A stretch of DNA of 63,863 nucleotides, the filler included, from Octopus bimaculoides (lineage: Eukaryota), in NCBI RefSeq assembly GCF_001194135.2. It is 6 parts of 6 records of this genome, joined end to end, with 100 filler letters (N's around TTAATTAATTAA, not from the genome) between each part and the next. Parts side by side here need not be neighbours in the genome. Positions count along the whole stretch, not along the records: positions 47,299 to 60,777 come from NC_068985.1; positions 60,878 to 62,303 come from NC_068987.1; positions 62,404 to 63,863 come from NW_026343146.1; 3 more parts are not named here. One strand, given 5' to 3'. Below, piece after piece: positions 51,516 through 63,365 of this stretch (positions within the stretch are counted from its first letter, which is position 1; each line of letters opens with the position of its first letter). The notes beneath the pieces were generated by a model, which ran no database searches, had not been told where the DNA came from, and saw only the letters and a list, made by a program, of their open reading frames with translations. The position numbers were made by a program, and so were the translations under genes.

Positions 51516-51592
51516 GGAATTTGAACTCAGAATGTAAAGATGGACGAAATGCCGATAAGCATTTTACCCGGCGTGCTAACGATTCTGCCAGC
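51516..51592 (-). mobile_element. SINE family A 5' half
   Basis: Reverse complement of agctggcagaatcgttagcacgccgggtaaaatgcttatcggcatttcgtcc...ctgagttcaaattcc. Confidence 0.85.
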
Positions 51593-52019
51593 TTATAGTC
51601 CTTTTCGTCTCAAATATTAAGAAATATCAGAATCCAGGTTAAAGTTAGTTGGATCGCAGCTCGAACAGCACTGTTTCTCTCATGGACAGCTCTGTGAGAA
51701 GACTGAAAAATCTTTGCCTAAACGCAATAAATGAGGAAAAAATACCTTGTTCCTCACAAAGCCTTTAACTCATAATAGGCTGTTCTTGTTTTGTCTCCTG
51801 TAAATTAAAATATTCTTAAATTCATATATTTTACGAATGCCGAATAATTGAAGGCGGTGGTTTTAAACAATACTTATATATTTTGGAATACATTATAGAT
51901 ATATTAATTTCCTCTGCTGTTTACAAGTGTTTGTGCCTAGAACAGTTAAAATTTCTTACTTCTATCACGGAAGATTAAAGAGAACATTCTTTTAAGCTAT
52001 TATTCTTCAAAGACCCGAA

Positions 52020-52200
52020 CGGTAAAAGATCCCAGGATTTCTGAATCTGAAGAAAAGGCTCAAAATGCTGTCAATGAATCACAAAAGGAGTTCAATCACT
52101 AAGGATTATGGATCAGAATAACAAAGAACAAATCGGTATGAATCGTATTAAACGATAAAGCAACAGAAATAAAATGAAAACTGCCAAGAAGAAAGATGGA
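52020..52200 (+). pseudogene. Decayed LINE RT fragment (distal RT domains)
   Basis: SESEEKAQNAVNESQKEFNH*GLWIRITKNKSV resembles the SEEELQxM...GLxINxxKTK block. Confidence 0.4.
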
Positions 52201-53269
52201 ATTGCCTTCAAGAAACCAAGAACCACCTCTTTGAACACGAGGGGAAAATAGCAAGTTAAAAGAAAAGGCAGACTTCGAATATAAAACTTAGATTATGGAA
52301 CTTATCCAGTTGGATTATGTCCAAATGCAATGGTAAAAATTACTACTCCTTTTCCTCTTCTTTCTCCTTCCTCCTTCATCTTTTCCTCTTCTTTATTTTT
52401 GTCTTTCCATCTATTTTACTTATCCTTTTCTTTGTATTTATCTGTCTCTCTCTCTGATTCTTTACTCTTTTCTCCTTTCTTGATCTTGTTCCGTTTCTTC
52501 AAGTATTATAACCATTGCTTTTGTTCTTACTTTTCCTTGGTCCCTATATTATCAATCTCCATTTTGTTTTCTTCCTTCCCGATTTTTTTTCTCCTTTGCC
52601 TACACGTATCTAAACAAATAGAACCAACCATGATTTTAACTTTTCAAGTCATGAGAGGATATCGCAACGGATTATATTAGCGGTGATATGTTTCTGAGAC
52701 TGACCAATCGCATTTCTCAAGAATAATGTCACCTCTATAAAACTCATACCTAACAATTAGAATGTCAATCTCATTGCCAATACGAGCGCTTAAACAATTG
52801 TTGAATGGAAAAGCAGCAGAATCATAAGACTTCTTTTCTGTGCCAAGATACAACTCTTGCTTTGAAATGATTTCTTTTATTATAAGATACCGGGATCGAT
52901 AAAGGAGGATGGCTGCCACGTTTAAAATACAGGGCAGATTTATCACCACTCAAAGTAATATCATCCATTTCTGACAGCTAATCACATATACTTGCCGAAA
53001 AACGTAATGCGTCGCAGACGAGAATAAAGAAGGGAAACTGTAACACTATTCTAAGTGTTTCTGGGGAAGTTCTCTTTGATCTTCAGGGAAAGTCATATCA
53101 AAATAGTGACTATGCAATGGAAACATGAATGGAACTGCCACGGAAGTTTTAGAGAACATGAACATGGTTTTAATGCGATTAATTGTTTTGTAGTTGCCAT
53201 TCCAATTTTTGGAAAAGTGTTTCATAATAAGACAAAAATACAGAAACGTGAAGTTCTCTTCAGTTTCAT

Positions 53270-54240
53270 TAAGCAATGATCAAACATCAGCTAACAATTT
53301 ATTGCCTGAAATAATTACAAATACCACCTCAGTGTGGACATCAGGCTCAAGATGTACATGAGATGGTGGCAAAAGTACACCCAAATATCCATCTCAGCTT
53401 CAACGGTAGTAAATAGATTCAAGAAAGAATTAAATAACCATGATAAATGAAACAGTAAATGATATTAATTTTATGTCTTTGGATCTTGAAAGTCTATAAT
53501 ATATAAACTTTTGAACTCTGTGGAAAATTCTTCTGAGTTGCTGAATTATCACATCGAGCTTTTTAATATTCATCGAATCTTTCTGGAATTGCACCATATC
53601 GGCTAATCTTGAAGAAAAGAGCCCTCACAATTATTCTTAGAAACCTACATGCTCATCGAGTTGGCAATGGCACTCACTATATAAAGAAGATAAAGGCGGC
53701 GAACCTTCAGAATCGTTAGCCTGCTGAACAAGAAGTTTAGCAGCATTTCGTCTGTCTGTACGTTCAGAATTCAAATTCCACCGAGGAATTTCATCCTTTC
53801 GGGGTCGATAAAATAAATACCAGTTGGGCACTTAGGTTCATATAACCGGCTAACCACCTCCCCCTAAATTTCTGGCCATATGCCAAAATTTCAAATCAAT
53901 ATATAAGGAAAATACTTCCACACATCATAAAGGCAATAATGTTGACAAGTTATGCTAAGAGGAAATATGTCCTCATTCCAAGAGTTCCTTTGATCCCAAC
54001 AGACGTGTCCTTCAAAGTTTAAACCAGTTCAGCTTCCATTACCCCGTTCATGCACAATGAACATCAAAATGGCACAAGGACAAAGTTTTAGAGTTGCTTG
54101 GAATCAATTTGAAATCACATTATTTTCTCCATAGACGTTGCTTCTTCAAGCGTTCAGAAAAGCAGAAATTTGTTCATTTTAGCTCCCGGCAGAAAAATTA
54201 AGAATATTATACAGCCCAAAGCACTGCAACAGACATTAGA
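53270..54240 (+). mobile_element. Helitron RepHel helicase remnant interrupted by a SINE
   Basis: NETVNDIN; SGIAPYRLILKKRALTIILRNL..GNGTHYI | RKILPHIIKAIML..VLIPRVPLIPTD..AQGQ..LFILAPGRKIKNI. Confidence 0.8.
53693..53905 (+). mobile_element. SINE family A inserted in the Helitron
   Basis: Full head-to-tail copy; flanks tatataaagaa / tatataaggaa resemble a TSD. Confidence 0.85.
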
Positions 54241-54559
54241 AAATGTTACTGATTATAAAATTAATTTATTTAGATTAATTATGTAATTACAGATTTTTTT
54301 AAAATTATTTTTTTCTAAAAAAAAATTTTAAGAGTACTATTATATTTCACGTTCTATATTCATTAAAAAAAAAAAAATTGTGTATTTTTATGAAGCTCAA
54401 ATCAAACTATCTGATTTGCTTGGATACAAAAATTCCGAGAGAATCATCATCCCAGAAAAACCAAAGATGGTCAACAATTTATCAAAACAATTTATCCAAA
54501 CTATCATGAAATCATATTATTGAAATTATATTATATACGTGGTAGATGATATTATATCA

Positions 54560-54847
54560 TATTGATTTTCAAATGTTGGGACAAGGCCAGCAATTTCGCG
54601 GGACGGAGTGAGCCGATTACATCGACCTCAGTGCTCAAGTGGTACCTATTCTATCGACTCCAAAAGGATAAGTCGCACATATATATATATATATATATAT
54701 ACCTTTTACTTCCTTCAGTTTTTAGATTGCGGTCACGCTGGGGCACCGCCTTAAAGAATTTTAGAGGAATGGATCGACTCCAGTACTTACTATTTCTTTG
54801 CAAAGCCTGGTACTTACTCTATCGGTCTCTTTTGCTGAATTGCTAAG
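54560..54847 (-). mobile_element. SINE-A 3' half (54560-54670) and SINE-B 3' part (54702-54847)
   Basis: Reverse-complement matches to the family motifs above. Confidence 0.75.
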
Positions 54848-55191
54848 ATATATATACACACATATATATAAATGCGCGCGCATGTGTGCAATCAAGCATC
54901 TTAATTTCGGATTAGTTTTGTGTATGTCTTTCTTGTTGTAAAGCTCCAGGTCTGATCTGAAACCATTAGACCTATGTTCGATCTAGGTACGACTATCCCT
55001 CGTTCACTTTAACAAAGTTTATGTTGGACTACATTATTTAACATGTACTTTTGTATTGCCATTCTGTAACCTCAGAATAGTCTTGATCCATCATATTTAA
55101 TGTTCAAAAGTGTTCTAGCCATCAGTAGGCAGCCTTACAATCACGTAGGGTGTGATTTGGACTGCATTATTTTAATATTTATTATATATAA

Positions 55192-55400
55192 GGTTGTGAG
55201 CTGTTAGAATCATTAGCACGCCGGGAAAAATGCTTAGCGGCATTTCGTCCGTCTTTACGTTCTGAGTTCAAAATCCGCTGATGTCGACTTTGCCTTTCAT
55301 CCTTTCGGGGGCCTATAAAATAAATTCCAGCTGAGCACTGGGGTTGATGTTATCAACTATTCTTCTCCCGCGAAACTGCTGAGCTTCTGCCAAAATGTGA
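55192..55400 (+). mobile_element. SINE family A, near full length
   Basis: gagctgttagaatcattagcacgccggg...gtcgactttgcctttcatcctttcgggg...gagcactggggttgatg. Confidence 0.85.
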
Positions 55401-56238
55401 ATTCACTTTTTACTAAATATCTAAGTACAGTTGCAGAACGGCCGAATGGTTACGTATTCCGCTTCGCAACCATGAGATGCCGGGTTCAATCTATCTGCGT
55501 TATATCNNNNNNNNNNNNNNNNNNNNNNNNNNNNNNNNNNNNNNNNNNNNNNNNNNNNNNNNNNNNNNNNNNNNNNNNNNNNNNNNNNNNNNNNNNNNNN
55601 NNNNNNNNNNNNNNNNNNNNNNNNNNNNNNNNNNNNNNNNNNNNNNNNNNNNNNNNNNNNNNNNNNNNNNNNNNNNNNNNNNNNNNNNNNNNNNNNNNNN
55701 NNNNNNNNNNNNNNNNNNNNNNNNNNNNNNNNNNNNNNNNNNNNNNNNNNNNNNNNNNNNNNNNNNNNNNNNNNNNNNNNNNNNNNNNNNNNNNNNNNNN
55801 NNNNNNNNNNNNNNNNNNNNNNNNNNNNNNNNNNNNNNNNNNNNNNNNNNNNNNNNNNNNNNNNNNNNNNNNNNNNNNNNNNNNNNNNNNNNNNNNNNNN
55901 NNNNNNNNNNNNNNNNNNNNNNNNNNNNNNNNNNNNNNNNNNNNNNNNNNNNNNNNNNNNNNNNNNNNNNNNNNNNNNNNNNNNNNNNNNNNNNNNNNNN
56001 NNNNNNNNNNNNNNNNNNNNNNNNNNNNNNNNNNNNNNNNNNNNNNNACCAACCAGCCAGCCAGCCAGCCAGACTCCCAACTAGCAAACCAGCTAGCCGA
56101 TTATCCATGTATGTATGTATGTATGTATGTATGTATGTATGTATGTATGTATGTATGTATGCATGTATGTATGTATGTATGTATGTATGTATATATGTAT
56201 GTATGAGGATGGTGATGAATGCAACAACGGCGGCAATA

Positions 56239-56282
56239 ATGAGAAAATTGATGATGATGATGATGATGATGACGATGATGAC

Positions 56283-56323
<41 letters not shown>

Positions 56324-57335
56324 CGACGACGATGATGATGACGATGATGATGATGATGATGATGATNNNNNNNNNNNNNNNNNNNNNNNNNNNNNNNNNN
56401 NNNNNNNNNNNNNNNNNNNNNNNNNNNNNNNNNNNNNNNNNNNNNNNNNNNNNNNNNNNNNNNNNNNNNNNNNNNNNNNNNNNNNNNNNNNNNNNNNNNN
56501 NNNNNNNNNNNNNNNNNNNNNNNNNNNNNNNNNNNNNNNNNNNNNNNNNNNNNNNNNNNNNNNNNNNNNNNNNNNNNNNNNNNNNNNNNNNNNNNNNNNN
56601 NNNNNNNNNNNNNNNNNNNNNNNNNNNNNNNNNNNNNNNNNNNNNNNNNNNNNNNNNNNNNNNNNNNNNNNNNNNNNNNNNNNNNNNNNNNNNNNNNNNN
56701 NNNNNNNNNNNNNNNNNNNNNNNNNNNNNNNNNNNNNNNNNNNNNNNNNNNNNNNNNNNNNNNNNNNNNNNNNNNNNNNNNNNNNNNNNNNNNNNNNNNN
56801 NNNNNNNNNNNNNNNNNNNNNNNNNNNNNNNNNNNNNNNNNNNNNNNNNNNNNNNNNNNNNNNNNNNNNNNNNNNNNNNNNNNNNNNNNNNNNNNNNNNN
56901 NNNNNNNNNNNNNNNNNNNNNNNNNNNNNNNNNNNNNNNNNNNNNNNNNNNNNNNNNNNNNNNNNNNNNNNNNNNNNNNNNNNNNNNNNNNNNNNNNNNN
57001 NNNNNNNNNNNNNNNNNNNNNNNNNNNNNNNNNNNNNNNNNNNNNNNNNNNNNNNNNNNNNNNNNNNNNNNNNNNNNNNNNNNNNNNNNNNNNNNNNNNN
57101 NNNNNNNNNNNNNNNNNNNNNNNNNNNNNNNNNNNNNNNNNNNNNNNNNNNNNNNNNNNNNNNNNNNNNNNNNNNNNNNNNNNNNNNNNNNNNNNNNNNN
57201 NNNNNNNNNNNNNNNNNNNNNNNNNNNNNNNNNNNNNNNNNNNNNNNNNNNNNNNNNNGTAATGATGACGTTGATGATGATGGCGATGATGATGATGATG
57301 ATGATGATGATGACGATGATGACGATGATGATGAC

Positions 57336-57385
<50 letters not shown>

Positions 57386-57585
57386 CGATGATGACGATGA
57401 TGATGACGATGATGACGATGACGATGATGATGACGATGATGACGATGATGATGATGATGATGATGATGACGATGATGACGACGATGATGACGATGATGAC
57501 GATCATGATGATGACGATGATGATGATGGTGATGGTGATGGTGACGATGATGATGACGATGATGATGACGATGATGATGACGACG
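56239..57585. repeat. Long (GAT/GAC)n array spanning a gap
   Basis: Visible on both sides of the N-run. Confidence 0.9.
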
Positions 57586-57788
57586 ATACTTATATCTGTG
57601 CCGTATTTGCTGTTGCTGCAGTTGTTGCTGGTCTGTTATTCACCGCTGTGACTGCTGCCAGCGTCTCTACTTGCTGCTGTCGTCGTCTTCGTCGCTGTCG
57701 TTGCTGCTGTTATTGTTTTTCAAGATGTTATTGCTGTCATCGTTATGTGTTAACGATGTTTGTTTTTGCCACATGTTACTCCATGTGA

Positions 57789-57913
57789 CAGCCGAGCGTT
57801 GGTAACCAGCTCGGCTGGTTTGACTGATGACGTCAGAACAAGGTTTGACGTCATCGCAGCTCTGCTGAGAAGGTAGGCATATGTTGACGTGTTGCCAGTG
57901 CGCAGCAGCACTG
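57789..57913. promoter_or_regulatory. Paired full CRE sites within a hairpin cluster
   Basis: TGACGTCA at 57828-57835 and 57846-57853; inverted repeats at 57789-57817, 57804-57820, 57826-57855 and 57896-57913. Confidence 0.5.
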
Positions 57914-58103
57914 ATGCGTGCGCAAGTACTTCCTTGTATTCGCATCCTACCATGTTTTCCATTATTGAAAACAAACAGAAATATGGGTGTATGCATATAT
58001 GAACATACATACATGCATGTATAACTCACACACACACGCACACACAAATATACGTACACACATACACATATGCATACAGTCATATTTCATATATATCCAT
58101 GAA

Positions 58104-58158
<55 letters not shown>

Positions 58159-58855
58159 CTAAATGTGTGTGTGTATGTCTATTTATATTTGTGTGTGTGT
58201 ACATATATATATATACATANNNNNNNNNNNNNNNNNNNNNNNNNNNNNNNNNNNNNNNNNNNNNNNNNNNNNNNNNNNNNNNNNNNNNNNNNNNNNNNNN
58301 NNNNNNNNNNNNNNNNNNNNNNNNNNNNNNNNNNNNNNNNNNNNNNNNNNNNNNNNNNNNNNNNNNNNNNNNNNNNNNNNNNNNNNNNNNNNNNNNNNNN
58401 NNNNNNNNNNNNNNNNNNNNNNNNNNNNNNNNNNNNNNNNNNNNTATATATATATATATATATATATATATTCATTAAAATACAGAGATGCCTATAATAG
58501 GACATCTAACCCGATAGGAAGAGCAGCAAAAAAAACAAAAAAAAACTCCATACCACAAAAATAGGGATAATTTCGAAAGAGAATGAAAAATAAAAAACTT
58601 TTACCAGTCTATACTCTGTACCATGGTTTCAAGTTATTTAGCAAGATAAAAATATATCTTACTTGGGAAACTTTCTTCAGCAGAGTACCACGAACAAGCG
58701 AGTAAACACGAGTCATAGGGAAATACGACCCGCGTTTACACACTTAATTTTTCAAATTATACCGCGCATGTGCGCTTTAACTTGTCGGCAGTAAATATAA
58801 AATAAATGCCGATTTTCCTTCAGAGACATATATGTCTCTATATATATATATAAGC

Positions 58856-59010
58856 ATGTGGTAAGAAACTTGCTTTCCAACCACATGGTTCCGGGTTCAG
58901 TCCCACTGCATGGCACCTTGCGCAAGTGTCTACCATAGCCTCGGGCTGACCAAAGCCTTCTGAGTAGATTTGATAGACGGAAACTGAAAGAAGCCCGTCG
59001 TATATATATA
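58856..59010 (+). mobile_element. SINE family B head
   Basis: atgtggtaagaaacttgctttccaaccacatggttccgggttcagtcccactgc...gacggaaactgaaagaagcccgtcgtata. Confidence 0.9.
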
Positions 59011-59286
59011 TATATATCGATTTTGTATTTGGTTTGCAAGATTCTTTATGTAAACTCGTGTGTTGAAGCATATTTTATTGTGTCTGGGGAGAGTCATTCT
59101 CTTGTAGTGCCTTATTTAACATACTCACCGGTTCGATTGCTACCCATTTATTTATTTCTTTTTCTAACATTTTCGTTGCGTCTTGCAATCTTTTCAATAG
59201 TTGTTGACTGTCCATTATTAGAGCTGCGTTCTTTTTGTTTGTTTGTTTGTGCGCATGTGTGTGCGTCAATGTGCATGTGCATACAC

Positions 59287-59317
<31 letters not shown>

Positions 59318-59419
59318 TGNNNNNNNNNNNNNNNNNNNNNNNNNNNNNNNNNNNNNNNNNNNNNNNNNNNNNNNNNNNNNNNNNNNNNNNNNNNNNNNNN
59401 NNNNNNNNNNNNNNNNNNN

Positions 59420-59450
<31 letters not shown>

Positions 59451-59661
59451 TGCATGTGTACGTTTGTTTGTATGTATGTATGTATTCCCCGTATTCATGT
59501 GTTCGTTTGTTCACGTCTGCGTCTTTGTATGTGTGCGTGTGTGTATTTGTGTGTGTACCTATGTTTCCTAGTATGTGCATGTTTGAGTGTGTCTATGTGG
59601 ATGGGTTTGTCTTACTATGTACGTACGTCTGATCGGTATGGATGTGTCTCCATATGTGTCC

Positions 59662-59752
<91 letters not shown>

Positions 59753-59897
59753 TGTGTGTGTGTGAAGTGTTCATGTGTGTATATGGTCATGTGTTTCAGT
59801 CTTCATTTGTGTATGTATGTGTGTATATGTGTGTGCAGTTTACTAGCAACTCTACTTGTGTATATATAAACTGTGGGTATTGGAGTATGATTACCTT

Positions 59898-60206
59898 CTA
59901 CGCATATTTCCTATTTAGTATTGGTGATGTTTCATTTATGAGGACGTACTCCTGAATTTATCTGAGTGTTGGCTCCTTCGGGCGCTTGGATAAAATGAGT
60001 GTGTCAAGTTGACATAGTAAGCCTCCATGGTAATCTTTGGCATGTTGGTAGAGTATGGAGGACTGTTTTTTGTCGTCATATTTTCTTAAATGTACATTTA
60101 GTCTCCCTGCAATCCTTCAAGATATCTCACCTATGTCTATCAAGTCCTTGTCTTTACAGGCACCCCCTATGCACCTTATGCTGTAGACTACATTTCTAGT
60201 TCTACA
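59898..60206 (-). pseudogene. PLE GIY-YIG endonuclease remnant (NVVYxIxC type)
   Basis: CRTRNVVYSIRCIGGACKDKDLIDIGEIS*RIAGRLNVH...SILYQHAKDYH...R*IQEYVLINETSPILNRK. Confidence 0.8.
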
Positions 60207-60478
60207 TTTCAAATAGGTATCGGTACCTTTTTGTTATCATTCCTAGAGATCCTACAATCACTGGTACGGTAGTCGCCTTGAGATGCCACATTTTTTTCAA
60301 TTTCTATTAGCAAGTCTTTATATTTACTGATCTGGTCAAATTCTTTCGCCGCTTTATTATGATCGCAAGGAATACTCATGTCAATTAAGAAACGCATTTT
60401 TTTTTGTCTGATCTTTTATAATAATATCCCGTTTATTAGCTTTTGTAGTTTTGTCGGTATGTACGGGGACGTCCCCAA
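60207..60478 (-). pseudogene. R4/Dong RLE endonuclease fragment (Dong-B-like)
   Basis: DVPVHTDKT..AN..DIIIKDQ...FLIDMSIPCDHNKAAKEFDQISKYKDLLIEIEK..TVPVIVGSLG. Confidence 0.85.
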
Positions 60479-60479
60479 T

Positions 60480-60520
<41 letters not shown>

Positions 60521-60534
60521 TATTATTATTATTA

Positions 60535-60777
60535 TTTTATGTTTGACTTTTGTTTTGCATTTGTACACGTTGGATCCAAGTCTCACCCAGAGACCTCAAG
60601 AGACAACAAGTTAGAAGTTCATGTAGGTGTTATGCCTAGGGTACCATATATTTGGATTTGTACAGTTTTGTTCAAGTGAATGTTTAAGAAACCATAAGAA
60701 AATGATGTGTTTGCTTTAAAATTTGAGATCACATAGACAGTATTTTACGTAGGATATGGGCAGTTCCCATGAGCACT
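60535..60777 (-). mobile_element. Dong-A 3' end
   Basis: VLMGTAHILRKILSM* plus 3'UTR ending in (TAA)n; about 98% identical to 24477-24695. Confidence 0.85.
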
Positions 60778-61363
60778 NNNNNNNNNNNNNNNNNNNNNNN
60801 NNNNNNNNNNNNNNNNNNNNNTTAATTAATTAANNNNNNNNNNNNNNNNNNNNNNNNNNNNNNNNNNNNNNNNNNNNACACCCTTTTTGAATAGAAAACA
60901 AAAAGAAAAAGAAAACTGTCATTGAACGATATAGTCTCGATTACTGTCTATAAAAACGACATGGCGGTCATGCCTTTAATAAGTCTATTCGATCATTGCT
61001 GACCTGGGGCTAAATAACATGACATAATAGAACCAAAGTCTTTTCATTGCGACTTCATGTTATTTCCACAGTAAAAAAAAAAAAAGAATCTACAATTTTT
61101 ACACATATTTGCTATTTTCCTCAAATATATATCAGCTGTATGTCTTCCGTCGAGATGTTAATGCAGAACAGGTTTATATGGAAAAATACAGACCATTGAC
61201 AATGCTTGCAAACCAATCTAAATTGCATGACACATACTTTGACAGGTTCGCGCATTATTTATTAGTTTTCTGTTGCCAGAATGTTTTGCCCGGAGAGAAT
61301 AGTAATACATTAAGACATTTCCAGCGAGATTTAAGGAAGCTCTTTCACATGAATTACGTATGT

Positions 61364-61406
<43 letters not shown>

Positions 61407-61416
61407 NNNNNNNNNN

Positions 61417-61459
<43 letters not shown>

Positions 61460-61977
61460 ACTTACCTCTGTCTCCTGTTGCTATATCTCCTAAGTTTTAC
61501 CAGATTAAGTGTAGCAGTGATGGGGGTGGCGGCGGCGTTGGCAGTGATGGTGCTGGTGCTGGTGCTGTTGCTGGTGGTGACAATAGAGGCAATGAAGGTG
61601 ATAGTAATGGTGGTGGTAGGGTGGTGTGAATTCCATAGGCACCTAAAATGAACTGAAGAAAACACGATACAAGCTACCAAGTCATAGTCACTTGCAAGTG
61701 ACGGCTGAGTAATGCTATATTAACATTAACCCTGAGAATGTAACAGAGGCTGAAGCTTATTCTTTAAGAAACAGTCATAAGAAGCCAAGATACCCACAAA
61801 GATTTTGCTGGTCTGAAATGCTCAAACCACTTCCTTTAATTGTAAAACCAGTCAAAGGTTGTCTAAATGTTGTCTAAATGACTGCTTTCCGATTAAGCTG
61901 TAATTAGAATACATACATGCACACACACATACATACATGCATGCATGCATACATGCATACATACATACATACATACA

Positions 61978-62010
<33 letters not shown>

Positions 62011-62084
62011 GTACGTATATATGTTTATTCTTTATATATATATGTGCGTATATGAATGTGTGTGTGTGTGTATCTTTGTGAGTA

Positions 62085-62243
62085 TGTTTGTGCCCCGTTA
62101 CTGCTTGACAATAAGTGTTGGTGTGTTTATGTCCCCGTAACGTAGCGGCTCGGCAATAGAGACGAATAAGTCCTGGGGTCGATTCACTCGACTAAAGGTG
62201 TTTCTCCATCATAGCTGCAGTCAAATGACTGAAGCAAGGAAAG

Positions 62244-62245
<2 letters not shown>
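62085..62245 (+). mobile_element. SINE family B body and 3' end
   Basis: gcttgacaataagtgttggtgtgtttatgtccccgtaacgtagcgg...cctggggtcgatt...gtcaaatgactgaagc. Confidence 0.85.
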
Positions 62246-62274
<29 letters not shown>

Positions 62275-62403
62275 TGTATGTATGTATGTATATATATATA
62301 TATNNNNNNNNNNNNNNNNNNNNNNNNNNNNNNNNNNNNNNNNNNNNTTAATTAATTAANNNNNNNNNNNNNNNNNNNNNNNNNNNNNNNNNNNNNNNNN
62401 NNN

Positions 62404-62542
62404 CAGCAGTAACGTTCCTTGTCAGTTCTACTTTCAATTCTGACAGCTAATACATGAGAGGGTGAGAAAGAAACGAGGTGGATTGTCTTGGAATGTGCTA
62501 GAAACAACAGACAAATCTCCTTTAAATCACACAATTCTTCCT
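62404..62542 (-). CDS. Candidate coding exon truncated by a gap
   Basis: cctaaatattttcag| acceptor; only one frame open: EELCDLKEICLLFLAHSKTIHLVSFSPSHVLAVRIESRTDKERYC; no recognised homology. Confidence 0.25.
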
Positions 62543-63342
62543 CTGAAAATATTTAGGTTTTTTTTTTTACTGAAAAGGGCCCTCCTAATCACAATTAAAA
62601 CTTCAACACGTGATATCTCCAGTTTCGGGTGCGTGTAGCATAACTTGTCTTCGAGTAAGAAGTTTTTTTGTTTTATTTTTTAATTTAAATCGACTGTCTT
62701 TCGTGTTAAATACATTATAGCTACTGCGTTTCGATTAATGCAACCAATGAATGAGTCATAAATATTTAGAAAACTATATAAGGCAAAAATTCGAAAGATC
62801 GCCACTATATAATTACATAAAAATATGTCGCAGCATTATACAAAACTTTTAACATAAATTGCTACTAGTTTGCTTAGTTCCCTGGCCATCCAATTATATT
62901 TTTAACGGCCAAGTCCTTTGGCCGACGAAGACTGTATGTATTTGGAGTTTTGTAAATGACTGCCAATTTTTCTTTAAAAGCAAAAAGTGGGGTGGGAGCA
63001 TAATTTAAATTTCAGTTTGAAAGGTGAAATTAGTAGAGAAAGACACCATATTTTAAATTTTTTATTTTACTATTTGAAATGATTCGGTGTAAAACTACAC
63101 TTTTATCTTAACCGAAAGGCCGATATGAAACTGAAAGACTTCTGTTTATTTGTTACTATCTACTCCCGTTATTTCCAGTTACGCAATTTGTAGCTTGTTT
63201 CAAGGTGCTATACTTTTTAAGAGTTTATTTATGTTTCAGTAACGGCTATAATTGAAAGTAACATACAATTAATTAGTCTTTTAGATTGTCGTTAATTACT
63301 TTTTGTTGCCACATGATAAAATAAGGAATGCAGATTGTAATG

Positions 63343-63365
63343 TACTAACTATATTCATTTTTCAG
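63343..63365 (+). promoter_or_regulatory. Candidate branch point plus 3' splice site
   Basis: TACTAAC (63343-63349) followed by tatattcatttttcag; downstream phase-0 frame ATINRVKNSWKESLFDTNNIPATTP*. Confidence 0.35.

Noticed and set aside
55425-55500. tRNA gene (also SINE heads at 48240-48305 and 58856)
   Set aside because: A/B-box-like motifs are present but no cloverleaf; these are SINE heads
57825-57845. Hammerhead at CTGATGACGTCAGAAC
   Set aside because: No GAAA box or helix II; better explained by the CRE palindrome
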